The notes under the pieces: generated by a model
Told to the model about the DNA's origin: nothing
Databases searched by the model: none
What the model saw: only the letters and a program-made list of their open reading frames with translations
In this document: in pieces, positions 16,101 to 25,461 of the stretch
Layout: every line of letters starts with the position of its first letter
Position numbering within the stretch: the stretch's first letter is position 1
IMG/VR virus record: IMGVR_UViG_3300005805_000084
Span: 2,120-66,119 of that record
Direction: 5' to 3' (one strand)
Length of the DNA: 64,000 nucleotides
Source of the DNA: a virus
Lineage: Duplodnaviria; Caudoviricetes
Program-made: the position numbers and the translations under genes

Positions 16101-19100
16101 ATCACCGCTTGTGACCGCGTACACCTGATCCGAGAAGCGTGCCATCAATTCGATGGCAGCAAGGTCCTCCTTGGTCACGACATGCCCGAACGGAGTGGCT
16201 TCCCCAACCTTGATCGCTGGATCTCTGTCGTTCTGACGGGAGTTGAGCAGCTCATTGGCAACCTCTTCGCGCCAGACCATTGGATCCATCCCAGGATGAG
16301 ACTGGATAGCACGATACTGAGCGATCTTGAGAGCCTGAGCTCCAAAGAACTTATTGGCTTTGACTGCGGACAGCTTCTTCTCGAGCGAGTCTTGGATGGC
16401 GTTGAGCAGAGACAACCTCTTGCCCATAGGCCCAGGAATCATTCGAGCCAGAGCCATCCGATTCACCAGAGCTTTGACTCCAGGGAATCTCCTACCAAAG
16501 ACGAATGGGTTCAGCCATCCAGCGGTAAGCGCAGGAGACGCAGTCTGGGCACCGTAGTTCCGCAGCCTCTCGCTGAGCTGCTGAAGAGACTCAAGCTCCA
16601 CTGGATCAACAGCAACAGTCCCTGAGGCCAGCTGCTGAAGGCGTGCCTGCACTGCGGACACAAGCTTGTAGAAGTCTATGCCAGCCTTTGTGTCGGCAGC
16701 GACATCGAGCTGAGGATTGAAGAAGTATTCCTGACCATCAACAACCCAGCGCTCGCCACGTCCACGTGGATCAACTGTTCCAAGGATCTCTGGGTTGGAG
16801 TAGCCAAGGTTCTTGGTAGCGGTCGCGTACGAATCCTTGAACTCGGGAGATGCAACGACGCTCTCGAGCAGAGCGATCTGCTCAAGCGTAGCTGCGAACT
16901 CGTTGTCGATCCGTTCGATCTCAAGGTTCAAGGCCTTGAGGCGCTCCAACTCAGCCTCCTTTGTGGACCTCTCCCTATAGTATCGCTTTGCGAAATCCTC
17001 TATCGACACCTTCTTGGACTTCGCAGCAGGAGAAGTGGATGCCAGCGCGAAGTAGTCCTCGAAGGCTTTCCTGTCTGCCGCAGCGAGATCGAGATTCGCC
17101 TTGTAGTCCTTGATCGCCCCAAGCGAAGAGGCGAGACCACGATAGGACTCAAGAACTGAACGCTTACCAGAAGCCGGAGGAGTCAGAAGCTTTGCGATCG
17201 TCTCTGGAAGGACCTTGCCGACGAGCACGTTGTTATCGACGACGTACTTGATAATCGCGTCGTTGTTGCCAGCAGCCTTGGATGCAGCGATGACCGAATC
17301 AGGAACCGCATCGGAGATGATGTCTATCGCCTTTGAGACGTCCGCATTCTGCTTCTTGATGTAGAGGGCCGCGTTGGTTGCGTTGACCTTGGCCTGCTCC
17401 AGAGCCGCATCGACTCCAGCGAATGTCCGCAGCTCGTCTCGAATGTACTTGGAGTAGTCCTTAAGCAGTGAGCGCTGTGCGTTGTCAGCAACCTGAGCCG
17501 CAGACTTCGCCGCAACCGCTTCGGCAAGCATTGAGATAGTGCGAGGCGATGTCATCTGCTCTCGCAGTGCCTCGAGCTTGGCATTTTTCTTGGCGAGAAT
17601 GTCTAGGATGTTCTTGTTCTGATTCCACACCGCATAGCTGAAGATACCCTTGTTCGGATCGTTTGGATTGATCGACGACAGCGGAATGGATGTCGTTGAG
17701 ATTTCGTTCAGTGACTTCAGCCAGCGCATCCCACGCTCAGCATCTTTAGAGAGACCAGCAAGCTGTGCTCCGAGCCCTGCGGGAAGGATCCCGCGCTGCA
17801 CCGATGCCGACTGCTCAATGGTTGTGACCTGCGACTGCTCAAGTCCTGGCCTGCGAGTTTCGGATTCGACCTGAGCTCGCGTCTTGAAAGGAGTCTTCGA
17901 GTATCTGATGTCCGCTGACTGTAGATTGAACCGCTGGCTCAGAGGGATGACGTTGCCGGAGTCGTCATAGGTAACTGGATCAGCCAGCTTGGCCTGTCTG
18001 GATGCTTTAATGAGAATCTCAGGAGCCCCATACGAAAATCCTCCAGCACCATCGGCAATTACAGCATCTGCATTCGACCTGCTTGCCAACTCGTCAAACG
18101 CTTCACCCTGTTCAACAGAACCATAGTCTTCGGAGAGCTCCTGAGAAACATCACGAAGAGCCCTTTGAACATCAGCGGTTCTAGCGTCGAGGAGGTTTTC
18201 TGCCTTCAGGTAGAACCTGCGAGGCGTTCCGTACCTCCTCGCGTAACCGATGTCTGGAGTGAAATAGAAACCCCTGCCCAAATTGCCGCCGTCATATTCG
18301 TCGTATTCAAGTTCCTCTCCCCTGCTTTCAGCCTGCTCGGCGAGTGATAAGAATCTGTTAAACGCAGTCTTTGAGGCGTGATAACCAGACAATGCATACC
18401 CAGCAAGGCGGGCAGCCTCATCTACGAGGCGCTGCGCGGCACCGATGTCTCCAGCTCTAACAGCAGCCAAATACTCCGCATCAAGCGACTGTATTGACTG
18501 AGTTGCCGACATTGCGGAAAGCGTCTCGACCACCTCGATCCCATTGACGGTGTATGTCGTCGACGGGCGGGACACACGCGCATGAACCTTGGCCACCGCT
18601 TTGGCAGCGATGTACTCAGCGGCGAGTCGAGTCAGCCGAACACCCTTGCTGTTGGCCCACGCAAGCACGCGACCGGTGATGCGCTGGAACCAGTTGCGTC
18701 CCCTCCAAGCCTTGGCCAGAAGCTCGACCTTGCGGGCGTCCTCTTCGCGAGAGACTGCGGCAGGATCGTACTCAAGTCGTGCAACCTCAGCAGCGATCTC
18801 CGCAGCCTCATCTGGCGTGACCTGTGAGATCTCAGCGGCAAGCTCTCCATTCGCGTTCGCGGCTTCGGACTCCTCGTGAAGCAGGACCCTGTCGATGTCC
18901 GCTGCGGAGGAGACCTTTGCGGAGTTGATCTCGATCCTAACGATTCGACCGTCCGCTTTGCTGATGAAGATGCGGCCATCGAAGTTCGCGTTGGGGTCGT
19001 TCACCACACGAACCAATCCGCCAGCTTGAATGCCGAACCGAGAGAGAAGACGATCCTCAACAGCAGCAACAGTCAGTCCGGTTGCTGGGCCGACATTGCG

Positions 19101-22100
19101 GCTGAGGAACTCAAACGGCTCCTCTGAATTGCTTTCATACTGATCTGCGATGTAGCCAAGGCCATCAGTACCAGTCTTAGAGTAGACGTCCCACGCCTTT
19201 TCAAACCCTTCATTGAAGAGCTGCTGCCTTATGTCTGGATTTAATGAGGCCCGCCCAAGAGCCAGCCTGATGTCTTTTTCCTCAACCTCAGAAAGCGCCC
19301 TGTCGAACACCTGCCTGAAGACGACCTTGTTCACAGGCCTTCCTAAGTTGTTGCGCTCGGCAGCTGCGGCGTAGTTGGTCAGCTTCTCAGAAAGGCTGCT
19401 ATTGAGATTGAATGCATCGCCCCTTCCTCCAATAGAAGCACCAACATCAATGCCACCAACTGTGGAAGGAACTCCAGTTTCAGACATCGGGCTTCTCTCG
19501 AAAGCGCCAACACCAATGCCACCGAGTGCCTCCGTCTCTCCTCCATCGTCGGCCTGCCTAGTCGGAGCGGCAGTCTTTGAAAGCGGATCAGTGGCTGCCC
19601 ATCCGATGTAGTCCAGTATCAGTTGGCTTTGTGCCTTTTTGACAAGCAAGTTTGCGCTCTGTTCTGGATTCTGAAGTCGCCTTACAATCGATTGAAGGAC
19701 CCTCTTGGTCCACATCTTGGAGATCTTCGTGTCGTCTATTAGTAGACCTGGATAGTTCCTGCTGAGAGTTATCGCGATCTGCTTCGGCCCTTCCAAGATT
19801 TGGAATGAAGCGCTTAGGAAAATCCTTTCCTCTCTTGTGAGGTCGTTCTCAAAAGCCTGCCGCTCCGCCTTTTCCTCTTCGGACTCAGAACCAGTTCTGG
19901 TCCTGTTTAAGAGGCTCATGTATCGCTGATACTTGGGAGAGCTCTCGAATGCCTGCAGCGATGCCAGAGCTCCTTCTTGAGCTGGGGTAAGCTTGTCCGA
20001 GGTTTCGCTCTCCTGCTCCTCAGCAACAGGAGCTTCGGTCTTCGTGAATGGGTTCTTGCCCTTCTTGAGCACCACCGTCTCGCCTCGCTTCTTGCCATCG
20101 GCATTGACGCGTTCAACCCGAACTCCGCCGTCAGGAAGCGAAGTAAATGTGAGGCGATCTCCCAGCGAGATGCCATTTGCCTCAGCGTTAGTGACTTTGG
20201 TTTTGCGCTCTGCGGACTTCTTGGTTTCGGACTCAGCACCAACCACCTGAAGCTGAATGGTGACGCTGCCATCTTGGTTGATGCTGGCAGGTCCAGCGAT
20301 CTTGGTTTTACCAAGAGGCTTTCCTTCCTTGAGCGGGCCGAACACCGAAGATTTCAGCTGAACAAAGTCGCCATCCTGAATGGTGGATTCGTCTGCGTAG
20401 ACAATGGTTGTCTGCGCCACAGGAGCAGGAGCTGCTGGAGCTGGGGCTGCGGCGGGAGTCTTCGGTGCGGGTGGCGCGAAAACGGTTCTCGAGACATAAG
20501 CCTCTGGGGCAGCCGCAGCGCCCTGCATATTGATGTTCAACGAGGTAAGAAGCTCGTTGAATGCGTCCGAGGTATCTTCCCTTGATCCAGCCTCCTTCTG
20601 CACGCTGAGCACCTCGTCGTGTTCAGCTTTGGTGATATAGCCCAGCTGAAGAGCCTTCTTCGTTAGACTCTTTAGACGAGCCGGAGACTCAAGGTTGTTT
20701 GCCGCATCGTCTACTTGGTCGATGAAGCTGATGCGAGCGATGTCTTCGGGCTTCTCGGCAGCGATCTTGGAAGGAGCTGGAGCTGCGGATGGCTCAGGTG
20801 TCGAAACTGGCGGCTGCGGCGCGGCTCTCCGCATGTTGATTTCAAGAGAAGACTGGAGCTCGCTAAAAGCGTCTCCTGCGTCTTCCTTGGTCCCCATGTC
20901 TTTCTGGACCCTGAGAATCTCGTCGTGGTCCGCTTTGGTAATGTAGCCAAGGTTGAGCGCCTTCTTCGTGAGTGCTCTGAGCCTTGACGGGGACTCGAGA
21001 TTAGTGACCGCATCGTCTACATCCTCCGAGAATGCAATGCGCTTGGCGTCTGGCTGCGGAGCTGGTTGTACGGCTGGTGCTGCTGGCTGGACTACACCTT
21101 CCGCCCTTCCTGTGACATCTGCTGGAACTTGTCCTTCCCGTACTTCCGCCTGCCGATCCACGCGGCCAGCGCCTTGGGCTCCTTGACCCCCTTCTTGGAC
21201 AGCTGGTTGACGAGCTTCTGGAACTTGGACTGTGGCTTCATTGATCTGTTGGAGTTGGCGTTGTTCTTGTGCGCGAAGATCTCGGAGGCGCTGGGCGACC
21301 TCTGGGCTCATTCCTAGGGTCGGCCTAGGCTCTGGAGCTATCGGCCTCGTGGCGGCCCCGTAGCGGCTCGCCTGAGCGGCTTCCAGTCTGCCTAGAGGAA
21401 CGCTGGCCTGCTCAGCTTGGAGCTGGGCCATAATGCGCGCTTCATCTTCGGCCATCCGGACTCTGGCTGCAGCCTCTTCCTCCTCAAGCTGGGCCATAAT
21501 GCGTGCCTCCTCCTGAGGGTTGGCAACGATACGTCCAGCAGCTTCTGCTCTGCGGGCTTCGGCTTCCGCCCTATTGCGTTCAGCGACCATTCGCCGCACC
21601 GCAGCGCGACGCTCCTCCTCCTGCTGGCTCAGGAGGACTCCAGTGCCAAAGCCTTCAGGCGGGTACTGGCCAATGGCTCGCTCTTCAGGGGCAACCTCGG
21701 CCGGTTGTGGAACCTCTCTGGTGAGCCCCTCTTGCTCAAGGCGTCGGCGTTCAGCGTTACTGAGGCGAGTTCCGGAAGGGCCAGGAATACGCTGACGATT
21801 CAGCTGCCCAAGCAGGATCGCCTCGTCGATTGGGCTGGTGATGCCTTCGGTGGAAATGACATCGCCAATTCCAGACGTGGTGACAGGACGCTCGGAGACT
21901 GGGGTTCCGACCCCAGCATATGTCTGACCGATTCCACCAGCAGGAGTAACCCCCTGAACTGGCTGCATCTGCTGTGACTCAGGAACGAGCAGGTTGGATC
22001 GATCAACAGACCTAGCACCAAGACGACCAAAGTAATCCTGAAGCTCCTGCTCAAGACGAGCCTCTCGGCGAGCATCTGCAAGTCTTCCGACACCAGACTG

Positions 22101-23240
22101 TGTACCGCCTATTGCGCCGCCAATGAAACTACCAGTGAGTCCAGCCTCAATGACCCTAGTGGCCGCCTCTTGTGCGGTTGGAAGACCACCTCCACCAGCT
22201 CCGACAGAGAGCATCGAAACACCCTCCTGCCCAGCTTCTGTGAGGCCTTCCGAAAGAACGCCCTTTCCAACATCTCTAGCAAATCCACTGACACCGCGTT
22301 GCGCATATTGCTGAGCGAGCTCCTGAGCAATGTCACGCGCTTCACGTTGCACAGCACCAGCGGCCCCAAGCACAGGTGGTACAGCTTCTCTGGCTGCACC
22401 TAGCGCTATGCGACGAGCTGTACTAGCTGGGACAGCGCCGAATGTCTCTAGCGCACCAGCAAGAAGACCTCCGCCGATACCTGCCGCACGCTGAAGAGGC
22501 CCTGTTTGTCCTGTAGCATCAACAATTTCTCCGTAGATAGCACCGCCCTCTTGAGGTGCAGTGGTGATAATGGGAGCAGCAGCTCCCGTCAGCGTCTTGC
22601 CAGCTCCAAGAAGTCGGAGAGCTCCTGCGGTCGGGGCAGTGGCGAGGATCTGAGGAATCTGCTGAATTACCTGCGCTCCAAGAAACCCAGGAATATCACC
22701 TGCGGTCTCGATTTCTGAAATCGACTTCGGAGCCGTGGTTGGAATGTCAGCGAGCCCAGACACCTCACTTCCGGCTTCGCGAAGGCGGTTCGACAAACCT
22801 CCAGGGATCGCGGATGCGGCCAGTCCAGCCAAGCCACCAACAACTCCTGGCCCAAACACAGACCCAAGCCTAGCCAACTCAGCGGGACTTTCAGGAGTCA
22901 GCGCGGAAGCGAACTGCAGCGTGCCTCCGGCCATTCGAGCGATCCCAGAACCAAGCTGGCGACCAAACTCAGTTCTCCCAAGGAATGGAATTTCCTTATC
23001 CGACTCGTATGCCTCCAGCGTCTCAAGTCTGTTCTGTGCGGCACGCCCCTCTTCCTTGAGCTGGGCCATCTGGTCCTGAAGACCAGCCCTCTTATTGAGG
23101 TAAGTGATGATGTCAGCATCGCTGGCACCATCAGCCCTTGCTAGTGCAGCATTGAAGCCATAGGTCTTCCCAAGGTGGTCAGCGATCTCCGCATCGCTGA
23201 ATCCATCCTCCCTAGCCAGAGCCCAGTTGAATTGAGGCAT
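12993..23240 (-). CDS. Giant internal virion/ejection polyvalent protein (3415 aa) with ADP-ribosyltransferase and degenerate zincin-like domains
   Basis: Last gene of the ejection block; GYHAS...GRGFYFT...YARRYG...PEIL at about 17900-18500; LLHEE at about 18870. Confidence 0.8.
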   Translation of the reverse strand: MPQFNWALAREDGFSDAEIADHLGKTYGFNAALARADGASDADIITYLNKRAGLQDQMAQLKEEGRAAQNRLETLEAYESDKEIPFLGRTEFGRQLGSGIARMAGGTLQFASALTPESPAELARLGSVFGPGVVGGLAGLAASAIPGGLSNRLREAGSEVSGLADIPTTAPKSISEIETAGDIPGFLGAQVIQQIPQILATAPTAGALRLLGAGKTLTGAAAPIITTAPQEGGAIYGEIVDATGQTGPLQRAAGIGGGLLAGALETFGAVPASTARRIALGAAREAVPPVLGAAGAVQREARDIAQELAQQYAQRGVSGFARDVGKGVLSEGLTEAGQEGVSMLSVGAGGGGLPTAQEAATRVIEAGLTGSFIGGAIGGTQSGVGRLADARREARLEQELQDYFGRLGARSVDRSNLLVPESQQMQPVQGVTPAGGIGQTYAGVGTPVSERPVTTSGIGDVISTEGITSPIDEAILLGQLNRQRIPGPSGTRLSNAERRRLEQEGLTREVPQPAEVAPEERAIGQYPPEGFGTGVLLSQQEEERRAAVRRMVAERNRAEAEARRAEAAGRIVANPQEEARIMAQLEEEEAAARVRMAEDEARIMAQLQAEQASVPLGRLEAAQASRYGAATRPIAPEPRPTLGMSPEVAQRLRDLRAQEQRQLQQINEATVQVPEARQPAVQEGGQGAQGAGRVDRQAEVREGQVPADVTGRAEGVVQPAAPAVQPAPQPDAKRIAFSEDVDDAVTNLESPSRLRALTKKALNLGYITKADHDEILRVQKDMGTKEDAGDAFSELQSSLEINMRRAAPQPPVSTPEPSAAPAPSKIAAEKPEDIARISFIDQVDDAANNLESPARLKSLTKKALQLGYITKAEHDEVLSVQKEAGSREDTSDAFNELLTSLNINMQGAAAAPEAYVSRTVFAPPAPKTPAAAPAPAAPAPVAQTTIVYADESTIQDGDFVQLKSSVFGPLKEGKPLGKTKIAGPASINQDGSVTIQLQVVGAESETKKSAERKTKVTNAEANGISLGDRLTFTSLPDGGVRVERVNADGKKRGETVVLKKGKNPFTKTEAPVAEEQESETSDKLTPAQEGALASLQAFESSPKYQRYMSLLNRTRTGSESEEEKAERQAFENDLTREERIFLSASFQILEGPKQIAITLSRNYPGLLIDDTKISKMWTKRVLQSIVRRLQNPEQSANLLVKKAQSQLILDYIGWAATDPLSKTAAPTRQADDGGETEALGGIGVGAFERSPMSETGVPSTVGGIDVGASIGGRGDAFNLNSSLSEKLTNYAAAAERNNLGRPVNKVVFRQVFDRALSEVEEKDIRLALGRASLNPDIRQQLFNEGFEKAWDVYSKTGTDGLGYIADQYESNSEEPFEFLSRNVGPATGLTVAAVEDRLLSRFGIQAGGLVRVVNDPNANFDGRIFISKADGRIVRIEINSAKVSSAADIDRVLLHEESEAANANGELAAEISQVTPDEAAEIAAEVARLEYDPAAVSREEDARKVELLAKAWRGRNWFQRITGRVLAWANSKGVRLTRLAAEYIAAKAVAKVHARVSRPSTTYTVNGIEVVETLSAMSATQSIQSLDAEYLAAVRAGDIGAAQRLVDEAARLAGYALSGYHASKTAFNRFLSLAEQAESRGEELEYDEYDGGNLGRGFYFTPDIGYARRYGTPRRFYLKAENLLDARTADVQRALRDVSQELSEDYGSVEQGEAFDELASRSNADAVIADGAGGFSYGAPEILIKASRQAKLADPVTYDDSGNVIPLSQRFNLQSADIRYSKTPFKTRAQVESETRRPGLEQSQVTTIEQSASVQRGILPAGLGAQLAGLSKDAERGMRWLKSLNEISTTSIPLSSINPNDPNKGIFSYAVWNQNKNILDILAKKNAKLEALREQMTSPRTISMLAEAVAAKSAAQVADNAQRSLLKDYSKYIRDELRTFAGVDAALEQAKVNATNAALYIKKQNADVSKAIDIISDAVPDSVIAASKAAGNNDAIIKYVVDNNVLVGKVLPETIAKLLTPPASGKRSVLESYRGLASSLGAIKDYKANLDLAAADRKAFEDYFALASTSPAAKSKKVSIEDFAKRYYRERSTKEAELERLKALNLEIERIDNEFAATLEQIALLESVVASPEFKDSYATATKNLGYSNPEILGTVDPRGRGERWVVDGQEYFFNPQLDVAADTKAGIDFYKLVSAVQARLQQLASGTVAVDPVELESLQQLSERLRNYGAQTASPALTAGWLNPFVFGRRFPGVKALVNRMALARMIPGPMGKRLSLLNAIQDSLEKKLSAVKANKFFGAQALKIAQYRAIQSHPGMDPMVWREEVANELLNSRQNDRDPAIKVGEATPFGHVVTKEDLAAIELMARFSDQVYAVTSGDFVGGVVKYFPTLIREGNRLRRAFAAGAATTPRRLLKEIYAGSPSFYVQKVLDAVNSIKDEDAQLKAIEAIFDDPTAFNKVLRRYVAETNSDFENTSNYAKIYEQLAIRWRKNPSSLPTTTDELVSQIADMSPAAASMSDIESDIKRSLLDEVRKFSIAIDQEKLVSQQEARKYVEESSNGSISGGNDKSQTAIVSVVDGLNQFTKPRGKMVAPGVFYSYTLSTDAEINGLLVAAQIPSLIQIARQMMDVESALKQYIVNMGERMRTDPDSLKADIKSGKFYIDRSKAETLLSLVQTLRDTFTQRVQGINVHDDSGLLGQVGLAQKILLLTTPMVPITNYLFGVAGGDVVARSMTRGLSFKSYPRAMASALLTAGTKPVLRLVERAIATNPTLSAIMRKNRRAFGVFAERFIRVSDEYARVAQIAKLGGWEPETVSPFESAKLISEMGTYGNVVRQPGDVESASSRAIDKMFSNRAVASLREFMMSMQPKADELANTEITRTLQKHLAVMFMAGERLMQIRSKSGNPGWDNWANPDNVITPQEAFENAGWTPEQLIMLKDMLVPAGSIEFLMADYHKRVEAARKSGQDIYSVPLIADQNAEADVLMRGLAASNLPIDSARADIIKTRGGFGRAIRFLIGFPGWMGNWLGTLEGISSISTDRKDKVIAGAIQLAALVALLLLLMLAGIPANEAKGVAYGIITGRPYSQTTFRDVISDPSSKNISKLGAVAIAGMVPYWGEIAAGLVGAQKNRADLTDLTKLSPQLGAISTLSRSLKYATATGDYAGAVLSAVRGTLPVLSPALNRIPSVAARDAVSDAVRVASRNAGSLELKTSGGGAGMEPTQFSSLIRRAVAASAAGDNAGAQQLLNKAAEVKAATGVADPWSAVKASLKSQFPEQKAFGRMLSSDEKIGLRSRMSPEQRAVFDRGDVAIQKLVDGIKPKAERDGGGGMTAMRRIRALTRKPKAIRTIRTKLRKLRPMKLRLTRGGRSGSKLRAPKPLQMAALGPASRARRRPAGLMSPLGRGYALGMPAASIGI

Positions 23241-23261
23241 GTTAGTGTCGGCTTGCTGGCG

Positions 23262-24425
23262 CTATCGGGCCGGTTGCGTAGTGATATATCTTGGAGATCC
23301 GAGATTGATGTTTGACATGTTTGTTCCACGATCCTGCTTTACATCGTATCGCAATGCTGGAGCAAACGAGCTGCGTCCACCGCGCAGCGCCCCAACCGTT
23401 TCCTCAGCGTACACGCGTGCGGCCTGAGCTGGATTTAGTTTATTCTCCTTCATCAACGCCTGAACCCTGTTCTTCCTGTCGGAATCATAAAGGAAGTCAA
23501 CTCCGCTATAGTCCTCTAGGGCCTTGGCAGCCTCCTCTGCTACAGCTTGATTGTATGCTGATTGATCCTCGAGCTGTGCATTCGCACGCAACAAATCAAG
23601 CTCTGTCGGCTTGATGCCCATCATTGAGGAAGCTGCATTGGGGTTCGAGCTGTAAAGCCTAAGCAGCTCCCTTTGATAAGCATATGGCTCCAATCCAAGT
23701 TTTTCCTGAACGCCTAGCTGGCGGCCTCCAAGATCGTAGTTCATTCTGGCAACATCAGCGGCAATCTGGTTCCTTGCGGCCACGTCTGCAGCCTGAGTTC
23801 CAGCCTGAAGACGGCTGACGTTTATCAATCCACGTCGGTATTCGTTTGATCCACCGATGTCCGAGGCCTGATTGCTTATCAAGCCCTCTCGGTATCGGTT
23901 CGATCCGCCGATGTCTAAGGCCTGATTCTCTAAGCCTTTGCGTCCGAGTTCGTATTGAACTCCGATTTGCTGCCTCTGAACATCCGGCATTGCGCCGTAA
24001 TACTGTCCGATTCCTTCATAGTACTTTCCCCTGTTACGGATATCCTCCAGTTGGTTGGCGATAGTCCCCTTGTTGAGCTCGCTCTGAATATCTAGCTGGC
24101 GTCCCCCAAGACCAAGCTGGCCACGTCCAAGCTCTCGACGAATATCTTGGTCACCCATCCCAAGTTCGCGCTGAACATCGATCTGCCTTCCGCCAAGACC
24201 GATCTGGCCACGACGATACTCGTTCATGCCCATCACGTCCTGACCGCGAATGCCGAGCTCGCCCTGACGATAGCGATCCAACGCCTCGCCCTCAGATCGG
24301 CGAATGTTGGTGTTCGCAACCGCGTTCAGATAGCTGCGGTAGGCGTTCTGCTCTGCGGCGTCAGCGGCCTGCTGGGCCACGCGATTCGCCATCAGAGAGT
24401 CGAGAGTAGATCCGTAGGTTGCCAT
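23262..24425 (-). CDS. Putative DNA ejection/pilot protein with Gly/Gln/Arg repeats
   Basis: Position between tail genes and the giant protein; low-complexity helical repeats. Confidence 0.65.
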   Translation of the reverse strand: MATYGSTLDSLMANRVAQQAADAAEQNAYRSYLNAVANTNIRRSEGEALDRYRQGELGIRGQDVMGMNEYRRGQIGLGGRQIDVQRELGMGDQDIRRELGRGQLGLGGRQLDIQSELNKGTIANQLEDIRNRGKYYEGIGQYYGAMPDVQRQQIGVQYELGRKGLENQALDIGGSNRYREGLISNQASDIGGSNEYRRGLINVSRLQAGTQAADVAARNQIAADVARMNYDLGGRQLGVQEKLGLEPYAYQRELLRLYSSNPNAASSMMGIKPTELDLLRANAQLEDQSAYNQAVAEEAAKALEDYSGVDFLYDSDRKNRVQALMKENKLNPAQAARVYAEETVGALRGGRSSFAPALRYDVKQDRGTNMSNINLGSPRYITTQPAR

Positions 24426-24446
24426 AAATGTTGGGTGCTATTTGTG

Positions 24447-25415
24447 TCAGCGGCGGGCGAGGTAATAGGGGATCTGGGGCTGAGGCTGATACTGCATCAG
24501 CGAGTCCATCCATTGCGGATAGGCTTGCTGCTGATATCCAAATCCCTGATTCGGCATACCATAGAACATCGGGTTTTGTTGCTGCATTCTTGGTCCTCCA
24601 AGCAATCCGCCAAGCATGCCTCCGCTGCTTCCCCCAATGAGCCCGCCACTGTAAAGCGATAGTCCTGTGTCGACTGCCGAGTTCAGGCTTTGATCGATTG
24701 CTCCAGCAGCCGCAGCCCACTTGTTCCGCTGCTCCTTGAAGCCAGCAAGGTTGGATTTGTTGACGTCACTGAGGCCGCTGAGCTGGCCAATCTCACTAGA
24801 TCTGGACTGCTGCAGCGCCTGCAGCGGGTTAAGCTCCATCTGGGCGAGATTCGTCGGGATCTGATTGCGGTAATCCATCAGGCCCATCTGCTGTGATACG
24901 TTTGCTCCGCGTTCAGCAGCAGCACCAGACGCAGCGGGGTTCAGACCAGCGAAGATCTGGCTGGCGATCGGAGCGCCAAAGGCACCCAGATAGCTAGACC
25001 GCTGCTTATCCATGTAGCTGCTGGAAGGACGACCAGCGTAGCCAAGGCGAGAAGCGGCTGCCTTGTCGGCGCGAGACATTCCTCCGCCCATCTGACCAAG
25101 GAGCTGGTTGAGCGCAGCAAGGTCGCCTTCTCGGGTGCGCTCGCGATCGGACATGTAGCTGGACTGGCGAAGGCCGCTGAGCATTCCCCCAACCTCACCC
25201 TCGGTCTGGGCTCCAAGACGCCGAGCCTGATTGATGGCCTCGCGATTCGCCTTCTCGTAATTGCTGAGGGACTGGCCAGCCTGCGTTCGGTAGTCGGTCA
25301 TGCCGCCGATCGCGGTATTGATCTGACCCTGTAGCTCGGGGCTGTTGTACATCCGCTCCATTTTCGGAGGGCTGAAGGCGTCAATAAGGCCGCCAAGGTT
25401 GAATATTCCTGCCAT
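24447..25415 (-). CDS. Putative DNA ejection/pilot protein
   Basis: Gly/Ala/Gln-rich with hydrophobic Gly-rich C-terminal segment; synteny. Confidence 0.65.
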   Translation of the reverse strand: MAGIFNLGGLIDAFSPPKMERMYNSPELQGQINTAIGGMTDYRTQAGQSLSNYEKANREAINQARRLGAQTEGEVGGMLSGLRQSSYMSDRERTREGDLAALNQLLGQMGGGMSRADKAAASRLGYAGRPSSSYMDKQRSSYLGAFGAPIASQIFAGLNPAASGAAAERGANVSQQMGLMDYRNQIPTNLAQMELNPLQALQQSRSSEIGQLSGLSDVNKSNLAGFKEQRNKWAAAAGAIDQSLNSAVDTGLSLYSGGLIGGSSGGMLGGLLGGPRMQQQNPMFYGMPNQGFGYQQQAYPQWMDSLMQYQPQPQIPYYLARR

Positions 25416-25461
25416 AAGCGTGTTGTTTTACCTAGAGTTGATGGTTCTTCAGTGCCAAGTG

